The notes beneath the pieces are model-generated. The model was not told where the DNA came from and searched no databases. It was given only the letters and a program-made list of their open reading frames with translations. Positions 6,746 to 15,643 of a stretch of DNA of 32,973 nucleotides are shown piece by piece. The first letter of the stretch is position 1, and the number at the start of each line of letters is the position of its first letter. Both the position numbers and the translations under genes were made by a program. The DNA comes from a virus (taxonomy: Duplodnaviria; Caudoviricetes), in the IMG/VR virus record IMGVR_UViG_3300017649_000013, positions 1 through 32,973 of that record. One strand, 5' to 3'.

Positions 6746-7047
6746 TGGGTGTCCGTAGCGAGCGGGAGCGCCAGCGCAGGCGCAAGTATAGGAAACGGAT
6801 GGAGGCCGAGCGTCGGGGGGATACCGACTACCATAAGGCCATGGCAGCAATGCTTGATGCGGTGTGGAACGGGAAGTGTTTCGTTAAGATCGTTCCGGCG
6901 ACCGGCCTAGCACCTTCACGTGTCCTATTCTTCGACCGGGATGGTAGGGAAATCGAAGAGCCGGTGACAAAACGGAAATTGTATTATGAAGATATCCGAG
7001 ATAACTTCCTTAGCCGAAGCCGCAACGCGTTCGCTAAACCGAGGTAA
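6745..7047 (+). CDS. Basic hypothetical protein
   Basis: ORF coupled by a TGATG overlap, with an Arg-rich N-terminus. Confidence 0.55.
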   Translation: MGVRSERERQRRRKYRKRMEAERRGDTDYHKAMAAMLDAVWNGKCFVKIVPATGLAPSRVLFFDRDGREIEEPVTKRKLYYEDIRDNFLSRSRNAFAKPR

Positions 7048-7159
7048 CTCAGAGGCAGCTTTACAGGCGGTTGTCGAGTTGCTTCTTACCGACCACAGCC
7101 CGGATGAAGTAAAGCAGCTTCTCAGGGCGTGGGCCGACTATTTGGATGAAAGGGTATAA
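6986..7159 (+). CDS. 57-aa hypothetical protein (MKISEITSLAEAA...VKQLLRAWADYLDERV)
   Basis: Hand-translated, below the ORF-track cutoff. Fills the gap before 7163 and looks amphipathic-helical. Confidence 0.55.
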   Translation: MKISEITSLAEAATRSLNRGNSEAALQAVVELLLTDHSPDEVKQLLRAWADYLDERV

Positions 7160-7162
7160 CAA

Positions 7163-7399
7163 ATGATGCTCAGTGTTTATGCGATCTGCTCACTGGTCTT
7201 TTTCGTCACCTTGTCGGTGATGCTGTATGTGAGCGGGATAAAGGAAGTGCAGGTGCTCACCATTGTCGGGTTGTTCGCCGCTGCACTTTCCCAATTCCTT
7301 GCGCAGGATGCCAAGACGTACACAGCTTCGGCTGTCTGTGCCTATTTCGGCATAACTGCTGCATTGCTGGCGATCATCTGGTTCGCCGCAACGGTCTAA
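7163..7399 (+). CDS. Small membrane protein with three predicted TM helices
   Basis: 78 aa, almost entirely hydrophobic. Its stop overlaps the convergent terminase stop. Confidence 0.7.
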   Translation: MMLSVYAICSLVFFVTLSVMLYVSGIKEVQVLTIVGLFAAALSQFLAQDAKTYTASAVCAYFGITAALLAIIWFAATV

Positions 7400-8793
7400 G
7401 TCCACGCCGCCGATGAGAAGGGCGGTGCCGAATGGGCTATAGGGCGCTGAAGCCGTCTTAGGATAGCGCCCTGCACCATCCCACCATGAGCCGCAAGCGC
7501 CGCATACTGAAGCGCGTCAATGGGGTGGGAGAACTTGTTCTTGTCGGGCAGGGGCTTGCGCTGACCCGTCTTCAGCTTTGAAAAGCGATAGCCGCCGCGA
7601 AGGGCCTGCACAACAGTGGGGCAGCGGGAACGGTCGATCATGAAGACCGGCTTGCCCCCCTGCTGCTGCATCAAGAAAGCCTCGATGGCGCGGATACGCG
7701 GGTCAATGTCGTTCGTCGGTGCCGGGAACGCCATGAACCCTTCTCGCTTCAGCATGTCGAAGGATGTTTCCTCATAGAGCGAGGACTTGGCCCGCCCAGC
7801 CGGGTCACCGATGACGGCAACCGGCATATGCATATACCGCTCTTGCATGAGGCGTGGTCGCAGGTTGAGGGTAAGGTGTGTCTCAAGCCCTATGTCCGTC
7901 CCTTCTACCTCTTCCAGCACGAGGAAGCGTCCCCGGTGGTCAAGCTGGCATATTATGCTCCATGGGTCGCGTCCGAAGTCCTGACCGATGATAAGCGGCC
8001 TGCCCGGTATGGGGTCTAGGCTGTCGAAGGCGTGAAAGCTGTCCGTGTAAGTCTCACGGAACACGGCCATGCCAGAAGGATCGTTGCCGTATTTCGCATC
8101 GACATAACGGCGGACCCACTCGGGCGACTGACCGCGCGCAAGGCGCTCATAATACTCCCGGCCACCGGGGAGGTTTTCGATGTTTTCGGCATTCGGTTCG
8201 CGGCCCCCCGGCTGCTTGAAAAGCTGGTAGTCGGGCGGAAGGTTGTTTTCGAGCAGATCGTGCCACTCGCCACCCTCATTGGGGAAGTTCCCATCCATGA
8301 TGAGACCATGCCACGTTGGGCCGCCGTGCGCCTGCGACGGGTAGCGCCCAAGGCGACCGCACAGGGAGGGGATGATGGCCGGGTCGATTTCGGGAAACTC
8401 GTTGACCCATGCGCCCGTCAACTGCATCGACAAGAGGCGGCGCTGGTCATTTTCGTCATCAAGCGGTATGAGGTGTATTTCCGCGCGCACGTCATCGAAG
8501 GATATGTAAATAGTGTTCTCGCTCACCTTGAATTGGGTGATGGGTTCGAGCCACGTGTAAAATTCCTTCAGAACCGTTTGCTTGATCTGCTGCAATGTCT
8601 GGCGCACGATGGCCCAGCGCGTGCGGCGCAAGCCGTCCGGTCCCGGTGCCTGCTCTGCCGACCGCCTGACGATTTCCATAAGGCATCCGGTGGACTTGCC
8701 CGAGCCGACCGGTCCAAGGATGATGCGGACGAACGCGGAGCTTGACATAAAGGAAGAGACGGTGGGGGGAGCGTTGAAAATGAGACCGGCCAT
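7396..8793 (-). CDS. terL: Terminase large subunit
   Basis: Walker A GPVGSGKS, Walker B-like GAWVNE, and RNase H-like nuclease motifs IIGQDFG, GDPAG and HPIDALQY. Confidence 0.93.
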   Translation of the reverse strand: MAGLIFNAPPTVSSFMSSSAFVRIILGPVGSGKSTGCLMEIVRRSAEQAPGPDGLRRTRWAIVRQTLQQIKQTVLKEFYTWLEPITQFKVSENTIYISFDDVRAEIHLIPLDDENDQRRLLSMQLTGAWVNEFPEIDPAIIPSLCGRLGRYPSQAHGGPTWHGLIMDGNFPNEGGEWHDLLENNLPPDYQLFKQPGGREPNAENIENLPGGREYYERLARGQSPEWVRRYVDAKYGNDPSGMAVFRETYTDSFHAFDSLDPIPGRPLIIGQDFGRDPWSIICQLDHRGRFLVLEEVEGTDIGLETHLTLNLRPRLMQERYMHMPVAVIGDPAGRAKSSLYEETSFDMLKREGFMAFPAPTNDIDPRIRAIEAFLMQQQGGKPVFMIDRSRCPTVVQALRGGYRFSKLKTGQRKPLPDKNKFSHPIDALQYAALAAHGGMVQGAILRRLQRPIAHSAPPFSSAAWT

Positions 8794-9323
8794 TACAGAT
8801 CACCCAGAGTTGACGGCGAGGTAAACGGATCGAAATCATCCGTGCCATCATGTTCTATTACCTTGCCGAAATCCGGCTGGATAGTCACCTGCTCCTTTTT
8901 GCCATTATTCGTGATGTTGATCTGAAGGCTGAAGCCCCCGCCGCCCGCGCCTGCAAGCTGCTTAACCTCGCCCATCCCACCAAGGCGCGCGACCACCTTC
9001 AGAAGTTCGACACGATGGTTTAGGGCTTGTTTGCGATCATGAAGCGCGGAATGTGCCTCGATCATGAACTGTTCCACGACCGCAGCGGCCTTGAGCTTGG
9101 TACGCTCTGCCGCGTTGCTGGCCGAGTTCCATTGCTCTATCTCTTCCTGCAAATATTTCTGGAAGCGAGGATTGTTCTTCCACTTGGTGAACTCGCCTAC
9201 TTCTACGCTGTGGTATTTCAGGATATCTTCAAGCTCATAGATACCCTGCGCGATGCTCCGAGCGACTTTGAGCATCTGGGTATCAAGATCGTCATTGGGG
9301 GGTAGCGGTAGAACATTGTCCAT
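8793..9323 (-). CDS. Putative terminase small subunit
   Basis: Directly upstream of and coupled to terL, 176 aa from MDNVLP. Helical core followed by GGGGFSLQINI, typical of TerS C-terminal strands. Confidence 0.7.
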   Translation of the reverse strand: MDNVLPLPPNDDLDTQMLKVARSIAQGIYELEDILKYHSVEVGEFTKWKNNPRFQKYLQEEIEQWNSASNAAERTKLKAAAVVEQFMIEAHSALHDRKQALNHRVELLKVVARLGGMGEVKQLAGAGGGGFSLQINITNNGKKEQVTIQPDFGKVIEHDGTDDFDPFTSPSTLGDL

Positions 9324-9347
9324 AGTATAGTCTCGCGCAATGTGGGA

Positions 9348-9364
9348 TTTACCACGAAGGTAAC
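9348..9364. repeat. GTTACC box (N5): TTTACC ACGAA GGTAAC
   Basis: In the 55-bp gap between the divergent terS and portal genes. Confidence 0.85.
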
Positions 9365-9378
9365 ATCGGGCGAACCAG

Positions 9379-11415
9379 ATGGCAAACACTCCTAATTATG
9401 GTCTATTGCGAGTTGTCCCCCCAGCCGAACTTGAAGCACATATTGCAGAACAAGACAGAGCCGATTACGAGCGGCGGGCTGGCCAGACGCAACAATCCGC
9501 CGACGACAACCTAGCCGCTTACATCCGCCAGCAGTGGGAGATGATGCGGCGGCACCGGAACAGTGCTTCCGGCTGGTCAGATCGCCTGCTGCACGCCCTG
9601 CGCACCTTCAACGGCGAATATTCCCAAGCGCAGCTGGCCGAGATAAAGAAGTTCGGTGGGTCCGAAATTTATGCACGCATCGTTGCAATGAAGTGCCGGG
9701 GGGCATCCTCCCTGCTGCGCGACATATATCTTTCCCCTGACAGGCCATGGGGGATCGAGCCGCCCGCTGACCCCGATATCCCCGAAGATATCTACATGCG
9801 TATTCAAATGCTGGTTGAGAGCGAAGTGCAAACGCTCGTGGCCATGGGGCATCAGGTTCCGCCGAGCGCCATTCGCGACCGAATGTCGCAACTGGTAGAA
9901 GCCGCATCGGGGGCCGAGAAGAAACAGGCCCGCAGGCGAGCGGCAGCGGCGCAAGACAAGATCGATGAAATCCTCAACTCGGGGGGTTTCTACAACGCGC
10001 TGGCCGAGTTCATTGTTGACCTGCCGCTTTTCCCCTTCGCCTGCATCAAAGGGCCGATTGTCAAAGTCGTCCCGACCGTAAGGTGGGAACAGGGACGGGC
10101 CATCACCAGCAACGAACCCCGTCTATTCTGGCAGCGCACGTCGCCGTTCGATGTCTGGTGGACCCCGGGCGTGTCCGACATCCGGGCAGCGTCCGTTATC
10201 GAGCGCCTTCGCCTCACGCGCGCCGACCTAAACGACCTCCTTGACCTGCCGGGTTACAACCACGAAGCCATACGAAATGTCCTGACAGACTATGCACGTG
10301 GGTACACCGAAACGCCGGATGTGGGCGAAGCCGAGCGGGCCGAATACGAGAACCGGGAGAACCCGACCTACAACAATTCGGAGATGATCACCTGCCTAGA
10401 GTTTCATGGGAACGTTCAAGGTAAGCTCCTTTTGGAGCAAGGGATGGATGCATCCGTCATCACCGACCCACTCAGGGACTATATGGTGCAGGCGTGGGTA
10501 GTCGGGCGCTATGTCATAAAGGTCCAGCTGTCCCCAAGTCCGCGCAAGCGCCACCCCTACTTCATTACCTCGTTCGAGAAGGTTCCCGGCACGCCTGTCG
10601 GAAACGGCCTTCCTGATATCCTCGCAGATGTTCAGGCGGTGTCCAACGCTACCCTTCGCGCTCTGGTCAATAACCTGTCTATCGCATCCGGCCCGCAGGT
10701 TGTCGTGCACGACGATCTGCTTTCCCCCGGGGCGGACGGGGAAAGCCTCTACCCTTGGAAACGGTGGCACGTACAGAGCGATGCTATGCCATCAGGGCAT
10801 CAGCAAAGGCCCGTCGATTTCTTCCAGCCGCAATCCAACGCTGCCGAGCTTCTGGCGGTCTACACCAAGTTCGGTGAAATCGCGGATGAATTGAGCGCCA
10901 TACCGCGCCACATGTCGGGGGCTAATCCCGGCAGCGGTGCTGGTCGAACGGCTTCCGGCCTTGCCATGCTCATGGGCAATGCCTCGAAAATCCTCCAAAC
11001 CGTCGCGGCCAACATAGACCGGGATGTGATTGAGCCTGCATTGACCATGCTCTATGACATGATCATGTTGACGGATACGACCGGTATCCTGAACGGTGAC
11101 GAAAATATCCGCGTCATGGGTGTCAATGTGGCCATCCAGCGTGAGACCCAGCGTGTTCGCCAGCTTGAGTTCCTTCAGATGACGGCGAACCCGCTTGACG
11201 CCCAGATCATCGGGCCACAGGGCAGGGCCAAGATACTTCGCTCGGTCGCCAATGAAATTGGGCTTGACGGCGAAGGCATTGTTCCGCCAGATGACGAAAT
11301 CGCGGGAGCAATGGGTGGACCCGGAGCGCCGACGCCTCAGGATGCGGCTCAGGCCCAAGGCGCACAAGCACCGGCACCGGCCAACGCCGACCCGCGAACC
11401 AACATTACCGGTTAA
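9379..11415 (+). CDS. Portal (head-tail connector) protein
   Basis: 678 aa, first gene of the head block. Motifs GNGLPDIL..VQ...NA..R and GAGRTASGLAMLM resemble podovirus portals. Confidence 0.85.
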   Translation: MANTPNYGLLRVVPPAELEAHIAEQDRADYERRAGQTQQSADDNLAAYIRQQWEMMRRHRNSASGWSDRLLHALRTFNGEYSQAQLAEIKKFGGSEIYARIVAMKCRGASSLLRDIYLSPDRPWGIEPPADPDIPEDIYMRIQMLVESEVQTLVAMGHQVPPSAIRDRMSQLVEAASGAEKKQARRRAAAAQDKIDEILNSGGFYNALAEFIVDLPLFPFACIKGPIVKVVPTVRWEQGRAITSNEPRLFWQRTSPFDVWWTPGVSDIRAASVIERLRLTRADLNDLLDLPGYNHEAIRNVLTDYARGYTETPDVGEAERAEYENRENPTYNNSEMITCLEFHGNVQGKLLLEQGMDASVITDPLRDYMVQAWVVGRYVIKVQLSPSPRKRHPYFITSFEKVPGTPVGNGLPDILADVQAVSNATLRALVNNLSIASGPQVVVHDDLLSPGADGESLYPWKRWHVQSDAMPSGHQQRPVDFFQPQSNAAELLAVYTKFGEIADELSAIPRHMSGANPGSGAGRTASGLAMLMGNASKILQTVAANIDRDVIEPALTMLYDMIMLTDTTGILNGDENIRVMGVNVAIQRETQRVRQLEFLQMTANPLDAQIIGPQGRAKILRSVANEIGLDGEGIVPPDDEIAGAMGGPGAPTPQDAAQAQGAQAPAPANADPRTNITG

Positions 11416-11433
11416 CCAAGAAAGGGAAGTACC

Positions 11434-11640
11434 ATGAAGGTAATGAAGAACAAGCAGCTGTCCAAGAAGAGCGGCGCAAAGGTGCCAGCGGGCGGCTCCA
11501 ACGTCATGATGGGACGCCAGTATACCGGCCCGCAGAAACCCGGCGTCACGTCGCAGGAGCAAAGCAAGTCCGGTAAGTGGGCCAAGGGCGGCGGCAAGAA
11601 GATGACCGGGCAGCCGGTCAAGAACCTGAAGCCCGCCTAA
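11434..11640 (+). CDS. Small Lys/Gly-rich basic protein
   Basis: 68 aa with AAGGGAAG RBS, located between portal and scaffold. Confidence 0.7.
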   Translation: MKVMKNKQLSKKSGAKVPAGGSNVMMGRQYTGPQKPGVTSQEQSKSGKWAKGGGKKMTGQPVKNLKPA

Positions 11641-11646
11641 TCATGA

Positions 11647-11664
11647 GTTACCACGCAAGGTAAC
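11647..11664. repeat. GTTACC box (N6): GTTACC ACGCAA GGTAAC
   Basis: Consensus copy, intergenic. CATGAGTTACCACGCAAGGTAAC is identical to the copy at 18261-18283. Confidence 0.9.
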
Positions 11665-11676
11665 AGGGAGAACAGA

Positions 11677-11847
11677 GTGGCAGACGAACCGAAGGGGGTG
11701 CCTCCCGTCACCTCCAAGTCGATCAAACGGGAAAGCCTTGAAAGGGGCCAGCGTGCGGACACGGGGGGCGATCCCTACGACCGTATGCGTAACAATTACT
11801 CCAAGAGTTCCAAGAAGAGCGAAGACCCCTTCGACTTCCTAGACTAA
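11677..11847 (+). CDS. 56-aa hypothetical protein (MADEPKGVPP...GGDPYDRMRNNYSK...FDFLD)
   Basis: Hand-translated. GTG start after GGGAG, fills the gap between neighbouring genes. Confidence 0.65.
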   Translation: MADEPKGVPPVTSKSIKRESLERGQRADTGGDPYDRMRNNYSKSSKKSEDPFDFLD

Positions 11848-11867
11848 TGGAGTTCAAGTAAACCGCC

Positions 11868-12110
11868 ATGAACCCACGCGATAACCTTTCCGTTAAAGCC
11901 GCAACCCTCGCAAAACTATCTCCACAAGCGTGGAGTGATTTCTTAGAAGCACTTGCCGTGTACAATGAAGTGCACCGCGAAAACTTGGTCAAGTCGCCGT
12001 TACCCGAGCTTGCCGTGAACCAAGGCCGAGCACAAGCTTTGTCCTCGCTCATTGGTATTCTCACCGCTTGCAAGGAAAATGCCGACAAGATAGCTCGGAA
12101 GGAGCAGTAA
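11868..12110 (+). CDS. Small head-region hypothetical protein
   Basis: 80 aa helical protein with QGRAQAL motif, in the usual position between portal and scaffold. Confidence 0.75.
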   Translation: MNPRDNLSVKAATLAKLSPQAWSDFLEALAVYNEVHRENLVKSPLPELAVNQGRAQALSSLIGILTACKENADKIARKEQ

Positions 12111-12112
12111 TA

Positions 12113-13210
12113 ATGGCAAAGTATAAGTCCAACAAGCAGCACGCGCCCATCGATACGGACGTGCAAATCCCCGCCGCCATCCGCGCCGCCGCCGCCCGCT
12201 CTGAACAACTGCACCAGCAGATGTATCAGGGCACTTCAGAACCGCCCACGCCCGCGAACGACGATCCTAACAGGGGGAACGATGGGGGAGACAAACAGCA
12301 ACCGCCTGCCCCGCAAGAGCAGCCGAATGAACCATCAGCGCAGCCGGAAGAGCAACCAAATCCGCCCGCGCCCGAGCCAGCCCCACAGCCCGCCCAGCCG
12401 CCCGCGCAGCAGGGTAGCGATGCCGACTGGCAGCACCGATACAACTCACTGAAGGGCCGATATGAAGCCCAAGAGCGCACCATTCACGGGTTGAACCAGC
12501 GCATCGCCGATCTGGAAGCTCTGCTTGCGCGTTCCACGGCCACACCCCCGGCTCAACAGAGGACGCCGGAAAACACCTTCCAGAAGCTCATTACGCCGGA
12601 AGACGAGGAAACATACGGCAAGGATTTCATCAGCGTTGCCCAGCGGGCAGCCGAGGAAAAGCTTTCGCCGGAAATCCAATTCCTGAAGAAGCAGGTTGAT
12701 GACCTCAGCCGTACCCTGTCCGGCGTTGCGCAGACAACAGAGGTTGTCCAGAAGCGCACCGTCTATAGCTATCTGGATGAAAACATCCCAAATTGGCGGT
12801 CCATTAACAAAGACCCAAAATTTGTTGCGTGGACCAACTTGCCAGACCCATTTTCTGGTGCTATACGAATTGAGCTATTACGAGACGCATTCAACAAAGG
12901 GGACGGCCCCAGAGTGTTGCGTTTCTTCCAAGGCTTCCTCGCGGATGAGGCTGCCACGGACCCCGTAAGGCGGGAGCCGGATAAGCCCCGGGAAACCGGG
13001 AAAGTCCCGCTCTCAGCACTTGCGGCACCGGGCAGAGCCACCACACCGGCAGCGACCCAAGTTCCCGGTGAAAAGGAAACCATCACACACGCCCAAATCG
13101 CTAACTTTTATCGTCTTGTGCACCAAGGTTACTACCGTGGTAACGAGGCGGAAAAGGAACGTCTTGAAAAGATGATCTTCGAGGCTCAGCGGGAAGGGCG
13201 TATCGTATAA
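12113..13210 (+). CDS. Putative capsid scaffolding protein
   Basis: Start at ATG 12113 after AAGGAG. Pro/Gln-rich disordered segment, coiled coil (WQHRYNSLKGRY), C-terminal A..EGRI, immediately before the capsid gene. Confidence 0.75.
   Translation: MAKYKSNKQHAPIDTDVQIPAAIRAAAARSEQLHQQMYQGTSEPPTPANDDPNRGNDGGDKQQPPAPQEQPNEPSAQPEEQPNPPAPEPAPQPAQPPAQQGSDADWQHRYNSLKGRYEAQERTIHGLNQRIADLEALLARSTATPPAQQRTPENTFQKLITPEDEETYGKDFISVAQRAAEEKLSPEIQFLKKQVDDLSRTLSGVAQTTEVVQKRTVYSYLDENIPNWRSINKDPKFVAWTNLPDPFSGAIRIELLRDAFNKGDGPRVLRFFQGFLADEAATDPVRREPDKPRETGKVPLSALAAPGRATTPAATQVPGEKETITHAQIANFYRLVHQGYYRGNEAEKERLEKMIFEAQREGRIV
13128..13144. repeat. GTTACC box (N5): GTTACT ACCGT GGTAAC
   Basis: One mismatch, near the 3' end of the scaffold gene. 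Confidence 0.65.
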
Positions 13211-13234
13211 CCTTTCCTTTTCGGAGAACGAAGA

Positions 13235-14221
13235 ATGGCATTCCCCGTCGCAGGCAGCGGTACAGTTCCGCCCATCTACCCGACAGGTTCGCAGGGAAAC
13301 GGCCTGAAGGCTGCCGGTTTCATCCCTGAAATCTGGTCGGGCAAATTGATCGAGAAGTTTTATGCGGCCACTGTGCTTGCGGCTATCTCGAACACCGACT
13401 ACGAGGGTGAAATCCGCAATCAGGGCGACACGGTGAAAATCCGTACCAAGCCCACTATCACCATCAAAGACTATCGGGCAGACGGCACGCTTGAGCTTGA
13501 GCGCCCGAAGGGTTCGGTTGTGGACTTGTTCATCGACAAGGGCAAGTATTTCAACACGATCCTTGATGACGTGATGGAGGTGCAGTCGGACCTCAACAAC
13601 ATGTCGCTGTGGGCGGACGACGCTTCCGAGCAGATGAAGATCGTCATCGACACCGAAGTGCTCGGCTCCCTTCTGGGGAAGGCCAACACGGCCAACCGTG
13701 GTATTACGGCGGGGAAGATTTCCGGCGATATCAACCTTGGCGTCACCACCACGCCACTTGCGGTCGTGGCGGACAACGCGTCTACCGGCGAAGTCGATGT
13801 GATCGACTTGATCCTTCGGCTTGGGCAGGCGCTCGATGAGCAGAACATCCCCGAGCAGGGGCGCTGGCTGGTTATCCCCACGTGGCTCTCCACGCTGATC
13901 AAGCGTTCCGAGCTTCGGCAGGCTTACCTCTCTGGTGATGCTGTGTCGATGCTCCGCAACGGGCGGATCGGCATGGTTGACCGTTTCACCATCTACGTCT
14001 CCAACCTGCTTCCGCAGGGCACCACTGCCGGTCTGGCTGCGGGTGAGACGGCGGTGTACGCTGGCCACTCCCACGCCCTGACCTTCGCATCGCAGATCAA
14101 CAATGTTGAGACGATGCGTTCCGAAATGACCTTCGGCACGATCCTTCGCGGCCTTCAGGTCTACGGCCACAAGGTCATCGACAACGTTGCTCTCGCAGAG
14201 GCCATCGTTACCAAGGCATAA
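13235..14221 (+). CDS. Major capsid protein
   Basis: Motifs FIPEIWS, NTDYEGEI...GDTVKI and RGLQVYG.KV are typical of podovirus major capsid proteins. Followed by a terminator. Confidence 0.92.
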   Translation: MAFPVAGSGTVPPIYPTGSQGNGLKAAGFIPEIWSGKLIEKFYAATVLAAISNTDYEGEIRNQGDTVKIRTKPTITIKDYRADGTLELERPKGSVVDLFIDKGKYFNTILDDVMEVQSDLNNMSLWADDASEQMKIVIDTEVLGSLLGKANTANRGITAGKISGDINLGVTTTPLAVVADNASTGEVDVIDLILRLGQALDEQNIPEQGRWLVIPTWLSTLIKRSELRQAYLSGDAVSMLRNGRIGMVDRFTIYVSNLLPQGTTAGLAAGETAVYAGHSHALTFASQINNVETMRSEMTFGTILRGLQVYGHKVIDNVALAEAIVTKA

Positions 14222-14223
14222 AA

Positions 14224-14241
14224 GTTACCTCCCAAGGTAAC
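14224..14241. repeat. GTTACC box (N6): GTTACC TCCCAA GGTAAC
   Basis: Between the capsid stop and its terminator. Confidence 0.9.
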
Positions 14242-14250
14242 CGAGGGGAG

Positions 14251-14279
14251 AGGCGGGACATTGTGCCCGCCTTTCTTTT
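14251..14279 (+). terminator. Rho-independent terminator after the capsid gene
   Basis: AGGCGGG...CCCGCCT stem followed by TTCTTTT. Confidence 0.75.
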
Positions 14280-14318
14280 ACGTTATAGTCTGCTCGAATT
14301 TCCAAAGAGAGAGGCAAA

Positions 14319-14660
14319 ATGCGGACCATTCGCGATTACATCCACGCCGCTCGCATACTGCTTCAAGACACGGTTGACAGCCCATATCGGTACAGCGACG
14401 ACGATTTCAAGCTCGCCCTCAACCTCGCATTTGACGAAGCCTACCGCATCCGCCCGGATTTCTTTTTCCAGATAACCGTCCCGAATTTCGTGGAGGGTGA
14501 TGATACCACCGAAGTCCCCGTGCCACGTGGATACCAATCCGCGTTCCTCTATTACCTGTGCGGGCATGTCCAGCTTCGCGACCAAGAGGATACGCAGGAC
14601 AACCGGGCGTCGGTCTTCCTCAACAAATTCACTGCGCAACTCCTGACAACGGCATCGTGA
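14319..14660 (+). CDS. Putative head-tail adaptor or virion protein
   Basis: Position after the capsid gene. ARILLQD...RYSD...RPD pattern resembles phage adaptor proteins. Confidence 0.6.
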   Translation: MRTIRDYIHAARILLQDTVDSPYRYSDDDFKLALNLAFDEAYRIRPDFFFQITVPNFVEGDDTTEVPVPRGYQSAFLYYLCGHVQLRDQEDTQDNRASVFLNKFTAQLLTTAS

Positions 14661-14661
14661 C

Positions 14662-15255
14662 ATGGCTACACCCTTCGACCGGCTCATGAACACCATCCGC
14701 CCTCACCTGCCGGGTGCGACGGACGAAGCCATAAGGCAGGAGCTATTCATGGCCTGCCAAGACTTCTTCAACAGATCGGAAGCGTGGCGGGAGGAAATTC
14801 CCTTCTCACTCCCTGCCGGGGAGAGGTCCGCCGAGATTATGCCGTTTGCAGGCCGCATAGAGCGGCTTCTGTACGTGAAGGGGAGCGACGGGCGACCGAT
14901 CAATGGAGCGCTCATGCCGGACGTTTACAACGGCCTCGTGACGATGCCACACGCGCCCAACCAGAATGAGAAATACGTGGCGGTGGTGGTGGTCACGGTA
15001 TCCGACCCCGTTAGCCGGGATGCTTACCCCATCGTCCCATTTGAGATTGCCAACAGGTATACCACCGAGCTTATGCATGGCGTTCTGTACCGCATGATGT
15101 CCCAGCAGAGTAAGCCCTATACAAACCTGTCTCTGGCACAGTTCTACCTCGCCAAGTTCATTGGCGGGGCCTCCCGAGCACGAAACGCCATCAACACTCA
15201 AAACACGAATGGGGCGCAAGCTTGGATGTTCCCCCAGACATTCAACAGGAGATAA
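14662..15255 (+). CDS. Putative tail tubular or adaptor protein
   Basis: 197 aa, gene order, and a C-terminal G.LYRMM....KPYT...A motif. Confidence 0.55.
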   Translation: MATPFDRLMNTIRPHLPGATDEAIRQELFMACQDFFNRSEAWREEIPFSLPAGERSAEIMPFAGRIERLLYVKGSDGRPINGALMPDVYNGLVTMPHAPNQNEKYVAVVVVTVSDPVSRDAYPIVPFEIANRYTTELMHGVLYRMMSQQSKPYTNLSLAQFYLAKFIGGASRARNAINTQNTNGAQAWMFPQTFNRR

Positions 15256-15259
15256 CTAC

Positions 15260-15640
15260 ATGGCCGTAAATTACTCTATCGCCGTCAAAAACGCACGGCT
15301 GCAAACCACGTCCGACCTTATTGGGGGGGGTTCGCTTGTTATCGGAACGTCAGACCTTGCAGGCGGGGCTACCGGCATTCTCGCCCGCGTCCCATTCTCT
15401 GATCCTCCGTTTGTGGTCAGCAATGGAGAGATGACCGTCAACAATCCTCCTAGGACCATCATTGCATCGGCGACCGGAATAGCGGCTAAGGTGGAAATCC
15501 GCAGCGCGGCGGACACTGTTATTGCGAACGGGCTTACCATCGGCCTGCCGGATAGCGGCGCGGACGTGATCTTGAACGCGCTTGAAGTAAGCTCGGGACA
15601 GACAGTCCAAATCACCATAGGCACCATTACCCACGGGTAA
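15260..15640 (+). CDS. Beta-rich virion structural protein (126 aa)
   Basis: Start MAVNYS at 15260 after AGGAG. Composition typical of structural proteins. Confidence 0.65.
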   Translation: MAVNYSIAVKNARLQTTSDLIGGGSLVIGTSDLAGGATGILARVPFSDPPFVVSNGEMTVNNPPRTIIASATGIAAKVEIRSAADTVIANGLTIGLPDSGADVILNALEVSSGQTVQITIGTITHG

Positions 15641-15643
15641 CCC

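Noticed and set aside
13013-14170. 385-aa antisense ORF over the capsid gene, and similar antisense ORFs over portal, terminase and tail genes
   Set aside because: Antisense shadows expected from codon bias in GC-rich genes.
15323-15330. G8 tract in a structural gene as a phase-variation or frameshift site
   Set aside because: It encodes Gly-Gly-Gly in an intact frame, and nothing in the sequence alone supports slippage.
15626-15641. ATTACC CACG GGTAAC
   Set aside because: The spacer is only 4 nt, so it was not counted in the family, although its position at a gene junction means it could be a variant.
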